Part shown: positions 27,601-35,140 of the stretch, piece by piece
Position numbering within the stretch: the stretch's first letter is position 1
How the letters are laid out: each line of letters begins with the position of its first letter
Source of the DNA: a virus
DNA length: 64,000 nt
Direction: 5' to 3' (one strand)
Virus record (IMG/VR): IMGVR_UViG_3300017963_000254
Coordinates: 10,516-74,515 of that record
Program-made: the position numbers and the translations under genes
Notes under the pieces: generated by a model
The model's input: only the letters and a program-made list of their open reading frames with translations
The model's database searches: none
What the model was told of the DNA's origin: nothing

Positions 27601-27868
27601 GGAGCGGCTGCTCACGGAGATTCGTCAGCACTCGTCTGGTTCTGCCGAGACGATGGCGATGGACCAGATCGACATCTTCCACCACGTCCTGTTCTACAAG
27701 CTGGCCGAGCCGAAGCGCTCGAATACGATCAAGAAGCTCAAGAAGGCCGGCATCGACACGATCGGTATGCCTCCCCGTCCGGTGGAAGAGGTCATCGTCT
27801 CCCAGTTCAGCGAGAGCGACATGAAGGCCGTGCTGAAGGCGAGCGCCAAGAGCAAGGAGTGGAGCTGA
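21608..27868 (+). CDS. Giant 2086-aa multidomain protein with HipA/PI3K-like kinase domain; probably virion-associated
   Basis: FLFK...EAAA..., WLIDDKDDHGGNF and GIDHG kinase-like motifs; start MNWATLIEA. Confidence 0.7.
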   Translation: MNWATLIEADCDKDIKIKDPTPKPEVQASPVILARVSTTIISRRKGLDAQLAKMAKKKAKAGKAKTDKAKHKADVAVACDELRVKARAADLELALNRWKNLEPMAKSNLEKYQGQRANLAAKGKDTSKVDETIASIEAWLHFGGKQSGAGQEHLGGYSDENFKPPPLDNVSYDFGKNKVFGPSGEEFDVVAHVAAEKEKAATATATAVLEPPPEPKPAEPVAKSVDALTASELAALKTDLKAAYLDGVSKGTLNPLPHDVFKKAGVATPVVGWMLPSSSETASNQLWTSIKDEVAVSSLDDLDMEEATKLVSTAMKIVSDQMKLDVAASSAFKKVTAVKAMRTASAGVIGKVLGLKPALAFIDQARDKWYSVPKPLHAYTPSKQSQIKGIAKSLAIESAFADLGHGPLASKIKDKASTEGLGLSAVAASELSMDAVVSYTNLGLEQLNADQKQAVMAVAKKAVDSGKSVHDALKAAGIVHLNKSGMKQLQDEVGAKPDEAGFLKEIEDALDSIAPGDVIPLEPAAIISHIDQFWGMPFIGLMSKYHIEKVKGTKLENDVKAKALYVVLKRWNPEKLIQFVHDEWDFAFGDKETAPGEGYALHYVDGVFTMNTPSVVKLGGWPEAIKEITKKHHQEWLAEKAWPPWSAKWDKDHPTAPTQDDIDNFADWVIADPEFIPPGVIPSGSALHNAVIKWAEDHLGGDMGPITDAIHKKSETAPIDISSDEELGAASISINATETGDTEPKPLPQKPALPTVSGKTKVTKISKPHHLTGEQKKLLDGLVSVAIGGGLPFTKTGALKTQLGSVAGGIAKQFKDAHLAAGTKLTIGKPLVQAALEKALVGIKHSDWLAYETYKALSAEVISSALTNSQLAALGDLVNECFTHETYQKKEGGGYYGGPFKNKKQKQLFNELISKCEAVAAAPTVPEQVTGPAGAAYGGSMSVAELFGMSKPDLDEFASLGLVSGMTTAPPIDSSWTSSSSDLDDSGGSQGSTKKFLSAALDGKKHTGAGAAPAQFLFKHDGYRALGEAAANRVQSLLGLGGVGTNSYVMSRGGKTGFVQFFRVTKNLRHKYGHGGKPWLGLPGSGKANPPEDERKRLAQGLQLALVGNWLIDDKDDHGGNFVFDESDQITGIDHGQCCKFFDSGGTLLSHWDWSTGKIANKDGKATLEANKGWPKRMLYDWAAGADLGPDQTAIPLLALTDPAFEKMIQRAEGIPDDVYDKMWRPYAEGAVSAAQRDGEQRLSRYSHNPKDRTVEGFLDGMQKRRKSIRKQVAELYSMLAKKRAQALAAHGDTRPLAEIEADVREQLGLDKFAAGAVTDKQAAKMSPLADEIQGSADAPGWDESKLPESSHVPTAETIAEWGVKGYDMAVGGDAIKDGRVTFRQVGEIPMVDFRLDNQARAALQSRLPGYSGGSTAPPKPAEPYLPPFTPPPKPTFNQSNESLGMQALTGGDPGGMTGLAKGGVTGDNWTKVEKYVSKHYLLDGGPVKQPKGSVYWLKGLKASRDMKLSADPVVAAAGAHYEKELLKFGEEGGEDGFVFKAKDDVPEADRTITPFKLTPELKKLQDAAKADVEAAHAKSVEEAKAAHEKEVEGIKDKHAAAMVVWQEKYDAWSSGGEAASVIKDAVKYPRPQQPIGAKQESAGGKAGGGSKWDGSWGNAWYAGGSAYEIDLTDAVTQLGGVATGEKDSRFVIRYNTGKTADVDPKSVSQSTAGLPTFSGKTTIQFPKGSNKEQMRAMMKRAFEVLGIDARPASEEDHELNYVRKMAWLLGIEGAHGTAVSGGADARWHKVEPAGGTRRERIDFWIGKLKKKVGYDPRYAPQLAKNGTPKTVPGSHGKVMMQGDGKVPNPAWRPQAKRVANRVAHRRFDYTDEAMIHQLSLADPHVPVQQSSDRLGKILQGTMMSSAERTANGILTPSGGTEGSASADAATGGGLSVFLYNRKVSTHHVMGTMGRVETRMVFHPSIHLYTNTYAVPGDSYGSKVSKSWTEKRHRSLDEERLLTEIRQHSSGSAETMAMDQIDIFHHVLFYKLAEPKRSNTIKKLKKAGIDTIGMPPRPVEEVIVSQFSESDMKAVLKASAKSKEWS

Positions 27869-28590
27869 TGGACCTTGCACAGTTCAAGGCGCAGATCGAC
27901 AGCGGCAAGTACGGTCTCGTGCGCGAGTTCCCGGAGGTCGGCGCAGAGGAGCTGTTTGGCGAGGTCATGGATGTCATCGTCGGCAGGTCCAGGCTCGCGG
28001 TCATCATCGGCAACGACGAGGAGTCCGGGCCTGGGCCTTTCCGTGTGCGTACTCTTCGTGTCAGCGAGGTCATCTCGCTTGGGCCGGACAAGGTCACGGT
28101 GGTCGAGGATGTGGGCTGGCCGGTGACCGCGTGGCAGTTCGTCAGGCGGAAGCCAGGCGAGGATGCCGTGTGGAACACCAGGCTCGCGTACTACGACGAC
28201 TACGAGGACGCAGCCGAATCGCTCGCTACGCAGAAGTTGTCCGAGATGCCGGCTCACCGAGAGTCCGAGCTGCAACGCTTCGATTACGTCCAGTGGTCGG
28301 TCATCGTCGGCGGCGAGGTGATGCCGGCCGGGGTGCTCCTCCGCCACCCGGACGGTGTCCTTCGCGTCGAGGAGTTCCATGGGCACGAGGACGATGCCGA
28401 CTACTGGAGCAGTCGCTACGAGTTCGTGCCGGAGAACTTCCTCGACGACATCAATCACTCATCAGGCCGAGACGAGGTGTTCTCGGAGACCAAGGTGGTG
28501 CTCGCCAATTCGTTTGCGGATGCGCTGGACAGGGCCAAGTACGCTTTCGCGAAGGAGCACTACGAGCAGACAGGAAGGAGCCTCTTCTGA
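27868..28590 (+). CDS. Hypothetical acidic protein coupled to the giant protein
   Basis: TGATG overlap; GGAG SD. Confidence 0.65.
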   Translation: MDLAQFKAQIDSGKYGLVREFPEVGAEELFGEVMDVIVGRSRLAVIIGNDEESGPGPFRVRTLRVSEVISLGPDKVTVVEDVGWPVTAWQFVRRKPGEDAVWNTRLAYYDDYEDAAESLATQKLSEMPAHRESELQRFDYVQWSVIVGGEVMPAGVLLRHPDGVLRVEEFHGHEDDADYWSSRYEFVPENFLDDINHSSGRDEVFSETKVVLANSFADALDRAKYAFAKEHYEQTGRSLF

Positions 28591-29627
28591 TGGACGAGCA
28601 ACAGCTGATCGACGCGGTGGCGACGCTCTCCACCTCGTCCGCGTTCCGGCACGGTGACGCCGGCACGTTCTCTGTCGCGTTCCTCCGGCACCAGGCTGAG
28701 CTGCCGGGGCCGGCTGATCCGCAGAGGTACCTCCGGTCCATGGAGGGACAGCTCGGGTTCAAGGTGGCCGAGGACGACAGTGTCGCGATCGTCGGCGCAG
28801 GGAACGGCGGGCTGGTGGCCGAGGCGCTCCTGGCCGGAGCCGAGCAGGCCGTCGCGATCGAGCCTCGCGCGCGCTATCGCGAGGCGGTCGACCAGGTGGT
28901 CTCGCTCCTGCGCGAGACCCACGAGCGGGTCGATGTCAAGACCTACCTCGGCTGGCCGAGCCCCAAGTCCACCCTCGGCCCGTTCGACCTGATCCTCTGG
29001 CCGGAGGGGCTCGACGAGTGCACCGATCCGGCCGTCGTCCTGGCCAACCTGCTCAAGTGCCTCCGGCCAGAGGGGTTGCTGTGTGTCGAGGTCACCCACG
29101 GCGAGAACACCAAGCTCGAGGCGCCGCTCAACTCGTTCCGGCCGACCGAGGACGCGTGGGCCGAGCTGCTCGACCAGCTGGGCGTCAAGGTCGCGGCGCA
29201 GGGCTCCGGCCGCGCGCAGAACCGCGTGCTCTACCGGCTCGATGCGGGGAAGGCCGTGAAGGCGCCGGCTCCAAAGCCGAAGCCGAAGCCCGCGCCCCTG
29301 CCGCCGTTCCCGAAGCCCGTGCCCCCCAAGGCCGCGCCCAAGCCGATGACGACGCCGATGCCCGAGAAGGATCTGTCGGTTCGCGCGCCCGACCCGGAGC
29401 CCAAGGTCGAGGAGACGAAGCCGCCGAAGCTGGTACCGAAGCCCGTGGCGAAGCCGAAGGCGGTTCCGAAGGTGGTCGAGGGGCCGAAGCCGGCCGAGAA
29501 GCCGAAGGTCACCAAGAAGAAGACCAGCAAGAAGACGTCGAGCCGGGTCAAGAAGGAGGAGGCAGCTCCGCCGCCTCCGGCGCCGGCCGAGAAGCCGAAG
29601 GCCGAGCCGAAGGACGAGACCGAGTAG
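28590..29627 (+). CDS. Class I SAM-dependent methyltransferase-like protein with Pro/Lys-rich tail
   Basis: VAIVGAGNGGL, FDLILW and LRPEGLL motifs. Confidence 0.65.
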   Translation: MDEQQLIDAVATLSTSSAFRHGDAGTFSVAFLRHQAELPGPADPQRYLRSMEGQLGFKVAEDDSVAIVGAGNGGLVAEALLAGAEQAVAIEPRARYREAVDQVVSLLRETHERVDVKTYLGWPSPKSTLGPFDLILWPEGLDECTDPAVVLANLLKCLRPEGLLCVEVTHGENTKLEAPLNSFRPTEDAWAELLDQLGVKVAAQGSGRAQNRVLYRLDAGKAVKAPAPKPKPKPAPLPPFPKPVPPKAAPKPMTTPMPEKDLSVRAPDPEPKVEETKPPKLVPKPVAKPKAVPKVVEGPKPAEKPKVTKKKTSKKTSSRVKKEEAAPPPPAPAEKPKAEPKDETE

Positions 29628-29687
29628 CGCATACCGCGATTAGGCTCAAGTAGTTAGAATCCACGGTCAGTAGCGGAGGTCGCGCCT

Positions 29688-30047
29688 GTGTCGAAGACCG
29701 TCAAGATCCAAGCTCAGTTCCAGGTGATCGACGCTGACGGTACGCAGGCCATCAACCGGGTCACCAGGGATGAGGTCAGCATCGAGGAGGGCACCGGCGT
29801 CTTCCCTGAGAAGATCGCGCCCTCGACGGTCGATCATCCGGTCCAGTTCTCCGGCGTCACCAACGGCAAGCGCGTCTTCCTGCGCTCGAACCAGGAGGTC
29901 ACGCTCAAGATCAACAACATCGGGGACATCGGCTTCCCGTTTGGCCCCGGAGATGGCTACCTCACCAGCTACACCGGAATCACCGCGCTCTACGTCACTA
30001 CCGGCGGGAGCGAGACCGAGTTCGAGGCCGTGGTCACCGGAGATTGA
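29688..30047 (+). CDS. Hypothetical beta-rich (likely virion structural) protein
   Basis: GGAGG SD; Thr/Val/Gly-rich. Confidence 0.55.
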   Translation: MSKTVKIQAQFQVIDADGTQAINRVTRDEVSIEEGTGVFPEKIAPSTVDHPVQFSGVTNGKRVFLRSNQEVTLKINNIGDIGFPFGPGDGYLTSYTGITALYVTTGGSETEFEAVVTGD

Positions 30048-30062
30048 GCGAGGAGATAGGGC

Positions 30063-30440
30063 ATGGCTCACCAGCACCACTTCCACGTCAAGACCGACGA
30101 CTGGCCGGTGGTCTCGAACACCGATCAGCTGATGATCGTGCACCGCAATCAGCTCGCGATCAACGCGGTGCTCTACATCGGCGCGCACAAGGAGTCCGTG
30201 GTGGAGATCCGGTCGGCGACCGATCGGGAGACCGTCGAGACGGCCACCATCCCAGCCACAGGCGGGTCGGCGCTGACCATCCCCGCCGGCGGTATGGTCA
30301 AGTTCGACCTTCCCGGAGGTGGCACCACGCCACTCGACCTGGTCACGAAGCTCTCGCTTCTCAGGGGGAGCGTCTTCGTGCACATCTCGTCGTCGGGCGA
30401 GTTCGACACGCATCTCAAGCAGGTGGACACAGGCATCTAG
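30063..30440 (+). CDS. Hypothetical beta-rich (likely virion structural) protein
   Basis: GAGGAG SD. Confidence 0.55.
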   Translation: MAHQHHFHVKTDDWPVVSNTDQLMIVHRNQLAINAVLYIGAHKESVVEIRSATDRETVETATIPATGGSALTIPAGGMVKFDLPGGGTTPLDLVTKLSLLRGSVFVHISSSGEFDTHLKQVDTGI

Positions 30441-30474
30441 TCACTAGGGCCTCCCATTCACGATGGAGGAAGCA

Positions 30475-30762
30475 ATGAGCACGTTCGACAAGCTGGCCGG
30501 CATCGATGAGGGCGTGACCCTCACGCGTCGTCCGCTCAAGACCCTCGACGAGGCGGGCGGCGGCAAGAAGGTCACGACGGCAGCGACGACCGACTACGGC
30601 CCCACGCCGCCGAACACCAAGCTCGGTACGCCGAACAGTGCGTTCCGGCCGATGCCGAGTTCCCAGATCGGCGGAGCGCCGCCGTTCCCCGTCAAGCGGC
30701 GTCAGGTCCGTACCGGGAAGGTGGCGTCGCCGCGCCAGCCGATTCCCGTGCGGAAGGAGTAG
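30475..30762 (+). CDS. Small putative head-internal protein
   Basis: MSTFDKLAGIDEG leader; RRPLKTLDE. Confidence 0.55.
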   Translation: MSTFDKLAGIDEGVTLTRRPLKTLDEAGGGKKVTTAATTDYGPTPPNTKLGTPNSAFRPMPSSQIGGAPPFPVKRRQVRTGKVASPRQPIPVRKE

Positions 30763-30798
30763 CGCAACTCCTCCCAACCGCGTCTGGAGGTCGCGCTA

Positions 30799-31140
30799 GT
30801 GGGCTATCTGTCTGACAACCTGGCTCCGGGGAAGTCCGTCGCGGACTGCCCGGAGCTTTACCCGTATGCGATGGTCGTCGAGTACTCGCGCAACGACCCG
30901 TTCTTCGCACCCGGGCCGGTTGACCAGATCGCGTTAGCCATCCGCGAAGCGCTTCCCGATGTCGAGGTCTGGCAGCGTTCGATCGTCCGCCCCGACGAGA
31001 ACCGCGTGAAGTTCCGGTTCCGTTCCGAGGGCGAACGCACTCAGGGCAGCGACGCTCTCACCTCCGTCGATCCGTCGATCTCGATCCGCCGGATCGTCTT
31101 CCTGAACCCGCCCGATCGAGCGAGACGAGGAATCCCATGA
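30799..31140 (+). CDS. Hypothetical protein
   Basis: GGAGG SD; ATGA coupling to the next gene. Confidence 0.55.
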   Translation: MGYLSDNLAPGKSVADCPELYPYAMVVEYSRNDPFFAPGPVDQIALAIREALPDVEVWQRSIVRPDENRVKFRFRSEGERTQGSDALTSVDPSISIRRIVFLNPPDRARRGIP

Positions 31141-33335
31141 GCGAGCCGTCCAAGACCACGCTCCCGCCGCAGATGCTCAAGAACGCGAAGAAGTGGGCGA
31201 AGATCAGCGGGAAGACGCTGTACGTTTACTGGAGCCCGGCGATGGGCCGGCCGATGTTCGCCGAGGGTCCGCCCAGCGATCCCAAGCGGTTCAAGGTGCT
31301 GGCGATCGTCTCCCCGGACGGCAGCGTCAAGAAGATGCACGGCAAGAAGGCGACGGCCGTCGCCGAGGCGCAGGACCCGTTCGATGTCATGGTGGACCTG
31401 TCGCGCGGCGCGTTCGCCGGCTACCAGGGGCCGTTAGCCGAGGCCAAGGCGCCTCCGAAGCCGGTCGGCAAGGCGCAGATCGCGCTGATGACCTACCTCA
31501 AGAAGTCGCACACGGCCGGCGGTCCGATGTTCCCCAAGAACGAGCTGACGGATGTGGTGCGCCACCCGATGTTCCGGGCGATGCACTTCGGCAAAGTGAG
31601 CAAGGCGGCTTCGGTCCTGGCCAAGAAGGGTCTGGTCAAGTTCGACGGTCTGAAGATCTCGCTCGTGGAGGGCTCGACGAAGCACGGCCAGTCGATGTCG
31701 TCCGGGTTCTCCCGAGACGCCAAGCTGATGGCGCCCGGCACCCGCGAGCTGGTGCTCAAGAGCCGCATGACCGAGATCGAGGCGTTCGCCGAGGATCGCG
31801 GCTACGACCCTGCGATGGTGTTCGCCGTCGCCGAGGTCTCCATGCGGATGGGCCGAGTCCCCGACCTCCGGCAGTACGGCTTCGCCGGTGAGGATGCGAA
31901 GGCCGTCCGCCACTTCGTCGCCGGCGACATCCTCAACATCGCGGTCGAGGACGTGCAGCATCTCCGACGAGCGCCCGGCTGTTCCTACGGGTCAGCTGGC
32001 GCGCTGCCGGTTGATCTCGAGGAGGACCAGCTGGAGGAGGGCCGCCAGGATCGGCAGCTCGGGCTCCACACGAACAGCGATGGCTCGGGGTTCACTGCCC
32101 TGACCCACTCGGCCAGCAAGACGTTCAAGAGCCGGGGCGGCGCGGTCCGCTGGCTCAAGAAGCGCGGCTACGACGAGAAGGGCGGCCGGATCAAGCAGGA
32201 GGACGAGGACTGGTCCGAGGCCGAGGCCCTCTGCGAGGCGACCGCTCTGCGAGCGCCCGGCGCCGCTCATGTGCTGGCCAACTCGCTCTCCGGTGATCTG
32301 GACGAGGACCGGGTTCACCGGAACGCGGCCGGCCCGGCGATGACCGAGACCGCCTACAACATCCTCGCGACGCCGGCCGCCGCGCCGACCGGCAGCGACG
32401 TGGACAAGATGGCGAAGGAGATCGAGAAGGCCCTCGCGCCTCTCTACAAGGGTCGCTACCTCTCGGTCAAGGCGCAGGACGTGTTCGGCCAGGCGAAGTC
32501 GGTCCACATCCGCGCCGGCAACATCACCCCCGCGATGATCAAGCACAACGTGGCGTGGCACAACGACCCCTACAAGTTCCAGGCGATCGTGGGCGGATTC
32601 CTGAAGGACGGCTCGGCCGGCCCGAAGATCAACGTCGAGCAGATCGCCGGCCACTACAACAAGAAGAGGATGCGCAAGAAGACCATCAAGCCCGGCAAGG
32701 AGTCCTTGATGGTCCAGCACATCAAGAAGTACGTGACCGGGCTGATGAAGGACGCTCCCGCGCCTCGCGCCGAAGACGTGGGGGCGCTCGACGAGGCCAA
32801 GGTCAAGCCGAAGATCCGGCGCGAGAAGATGCTTGGGCACCAGCTCTGGGTCGTTTCTCTGTCAGGAAAGGACATCGGTTCGATCAGCAAGCCTGGGCGC
32901 GACACCAAGGCGTCGAAGTCGGCGTGGGCGGCCTACGTGGGCATCGGCAGCAAAGCGCGCCACGTCGGCAACTACTGGGACAAGAAGAAGGCGGCCAACG
33001 AGGTTGTCAAGGCGGCGGCCGTGGCCGAAGACGTGGAAGCGCTGGCCGAGGAGGGTCTCTCCGAGGTCTCCCCGCCCGGCTGGTCCGGCTCCGTCAGGGC
33101 GATGAAGGGCGAGCCGGCGGAGAAGCTCAAGAAGTACGCCGACGAGCCCAAGAGCGACGACGAGAAGAGCATCGACAACCCGTGGGCGCTCGCCTGGTAC
33201 ATGCACAAGAAGGGCGCGAAGCCCCACTACAAGCCCGAGAAGGGCAAGCCGAAGTACACGCCGCCGAAGAAGAAGAAGGAGGAGGACGCCGATCTCAGAT
33301 CGGCCGTCGCCGCCTTCCGCGCGATGGAGGACTAA
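31137..33335 (+). CDS. Putative head-internal polyprotein (basic modules separated by L-x-E sites; includes a DUF1391-like module)
   Basis: PLAE, SLVE, QLEE, DLDE, ALDE, GLSE sites; 'NSDGSGFTALTHSASKTFKSRGGAVRWL'. Confidence 0.6.
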   Translation: MSEPSKTTLPPQMLKNAKKWAKISGKTLYVYWSPAMGRPMFAEGPPSDPKRFKVLAIVSPDGSVKKMHGKKATAVAEAQDPFDVMVDLSRGAFAGYQGPLAEAKAPPKPVGKAQIALMTYLKKSHTAGGPMFPKNELTDVVRHPMFRAMHFGKVSKAASVLAKKGLVKFDGLKISLVEGSTKHGQSMSSGFSRDAKLMAPGTRELVLKSRMTEIEAFAEDRGYDPAMVFAVAEVSMRMGRVPDLRQYGFAGEDAKAVRHFVAGDILNIAVEDVQHLRRAPGCSYGSAGALPVDLEEDQLEEGRQDRQLGLHTNSDGSGFTALTHSASKTFKSRGGAVRWLKKRGYDEKGGRIKQEDEDWSEAEALCEATALRAPGAAHVLANSLSGDLDEDRVHRNAAGPAMTETAYNILATPAAAPTGSDVDKMAKEIEKALAPLYKGRYLSVKAQDVFGQAKSVHIRAGNITPAMIKHNVAWHNDPYKFQAIVGGFLKDGSAGPKINVEQIAGHYNKKRMRKKTIKPGKESLMVQHIKKYVTGLMKDAPAPRAEDVGALDEAKVKPKIRREKMLGHQLWVVSLSGKDIGSISKPGRDTKASKSAWAAYVGIGSKARHVGNYWDKKKAANEVVKAAAVAEDVEALAEEGLSEVSPPGWSGSVRAMKGEPAEKLKKYADEPKSDDEKSIDNPWALAWYMHKKGAKPHYKPEKGKPKYTPPKKKKEEDADLRSAVAAFRAMED

Positions 33336-33336
33336 C

Positions 33337-34824
33337 GTGACAACGCATCAGGAAGAAGGAGCGGGCGCTGTGGGCAAGATGGAAGAGGCCACGATGGGCG
33401 GCGCCGGCATGGGCGCCCACATGCAGCTCGGCTCGGCGTTCATGCGGCGTCCATCCTCGATGATCCCCTACAACCAGTGGGCGGAGACCGACGACGATGA
33501 CCTGTCGGCCGTCGCGTCCGGCCCGGCCATCTCCGCGTTCCAGCCGTTCAGCGTGCGCGACATGCTGCGGCTCGACGACGTCGAGCAGGACGGCGAGCCG
33601 ATCGATGAGGCCGCCGATCCCGAGAAGATCTGGGCCAAGGTGCAGGAGCTTCGCAAGAAGTACCCCACCAAGACCCTCGTCGCCTTGCAGAAGATGGCCG
33701 AGCGAGCGCTGCGCCACGAGGGCGTCGAGGGTGCCTCGTCGCTGCGGGAGGGCAAGACGCGCGCGCAGCGGAAGAAGGAGAACAAGGCCCGCTTCGCCAA
33801 GATGTCGCCGGAGCAGAAGGCGGCCACGAAGGGCGACGAGCCGTTCCACCCCGAGGCCGGGAAGAGCGAGGACGAGGATCTCGACGAGTCGCGCGACTCC
33901 TACGGGCAGGCCCCGTCCCTCGGCGAGATCTTCACCGCCAAGAACGCTGCGAGAGCAGGCGACTTCCTCGCCAAGTGGATGAAGAAGCCCAAGCCCAAGA
34001 CGAAGGGCAAGAAGCAGGAGGACGAGGAGCTGGTCGAGGCGTTCGACGCGACCAAGTTCGCGAAGGGCCTGGCGATGCACATGATGTCCGGCTCGATGAA
34101 GGGGAAGCTCCCCTCGAGCAAGGTCATCTGGCTCAGCTCGGTCGCCGCCGCGTTCGTGAAGAAGAACGAGGCGAAGATCCGCAAGCAGCTCGAGACCGGG
34201 TCGCTGGACCCCAAGGCGTTCATGGCGTCGTTCAAGAAGTACGCCGAGAACGCGGCCAAGAAGTCCGAGGAGGCGCCTGTCAGCGCTGACGTCACTGGCG
34301 CCTCTGCGCTGCGAGAGGGCAGCAAGTGGCAAGGCGCGATGTCGGCGCACGAGAAGCGCGTTTCGGCGAAGACCAGCACGATGTCTGACATCAAGGCCGT
34401 CAAGAAAGGCGCGCCGAAGTCGGCAGCCGACCTCAAGCATTACGCAGAGTCGGTCTGCGCTACGGTCCTGCGAGAGGCGCGGCCGAACCCCAAGACGCAT
34501 CCGAAGATGAAGGCGCACGTCAACAGCCCCAAGTTCCGGGCGCACATCGGTGACCCGAAGGACCAGGAGAAGCCCTACCACAAGGGCAAGGGCATCCAGT
34601 CCGATGAGGCGCCCGTCGGTGCCGGCGTGCTTCGCGAGGGCGGGAAGGAGAAGTGGATCGCCGGTGCGATCAAGCGGCCCGGTGCGCTCAAGGCGAAGAT
34701 CGAGAAGCGCACCAAGAAGGGCACGATCCCGGCAGCTGAGCTGGCGAAGGCCGCGAAGAAGCCGGGGCTCACTGGGCAGCAGGCCCGGCTGGCGAAGACG
34801 CTCAGGAAGATCGGCAAGAAGTGA
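33337..34824 (+). CDS. Putative head-internal polyprotein
   Basis: Repeated GAxxLREG, plus PIDE, DLDE, ELVE, between Lys-rich modules. Confidence 0.6.
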   Translation: MTTHQEEGAGAVGKMEEATMGGAGMGAHMQLGSAFMRRPSSMIPYNQWAETDDDDLSAVASGPAISAFQPFSVRDMLRLDDVEQDGEPIDEAADPEKIWAKVQELRKKYPTKTLVALQKMAERALRHEGVEGASSLREGKTRAQRKKENKARFAKMSPEQKAATKGDEPFHPEAGKSEDEDLDESRDSYGQAPSLGEIFTAKNAARAGDFLAKWMKKPKPKTKGKKQEDEELVEAFDATKFAKGLAMHMMSGSMKGKLPSSKVIWLSSVAAAFVKKNEAKIRKQLETGSLDPKAFMASFKKYAENAAKKSEEAPVSADVTGASALREGSKWQGAMSAHEKRVSAKTSTMSDIKAVKKGAPKSAADLKHYAESVCATVLREARPNPKTHPKMKAHVNSPKFRAHIGDPKDQEKPYHKGKGIQSDEAPVGAGVLREGGKEKWIAGAIKRPGALKAKIEKRTKKGTIPAAELAKAAKKPGLTGQQARLAKTLRKIGKK

Positions 34825-35093
34825 GCCTGACCGACTCCATCCGCCGGTTCCGATCGATCGACGAGGCGACTACCTCGGCGATGCTCGGTTCACGTACGAC
34901 CGGCGGTCTCCCGTTCTACGGTCGGCGCGGGCTGGCCACGATCGAGCGGGAGCGCAAGGAGCGGATGAAGCGCCGCAGGAAGTGCAAGGGCTACGACCCC
35001 AAGTGTCGCGACAAGGAGTGGGAGGTACCGGCCCCGGTCGGCGGCGTTGCGCTTCTCCGCCGCAGTCCCATCACGAGTCTATCGCCAAGTTGA
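34821..35093 (+). CDS. Small putative head-internal protein
   Basis: Leader MSLTDSIRRFRSIDE. Confidence 0.55.
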   Translation: MSLTDSIRRFRSIDEATTSAMLGSRTTGGLPFYGRRGLATIERERKERMKRRRKCKGYDPKCRDKEWEVPAPVGGVALLRRSPITSLSPS

Positions 35094-35140
35094 TCGACCC
35101 CCCAGCTGTGAGCGGGTAAGATGTTGAGCCGAGGCCACCT

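Noticed and set aside
29260-29627. Pro/Lys-rich repeats in the methyltransferase tail
   Set aside because: Low-complexity protein sequence, not a structured DNA repeat array.
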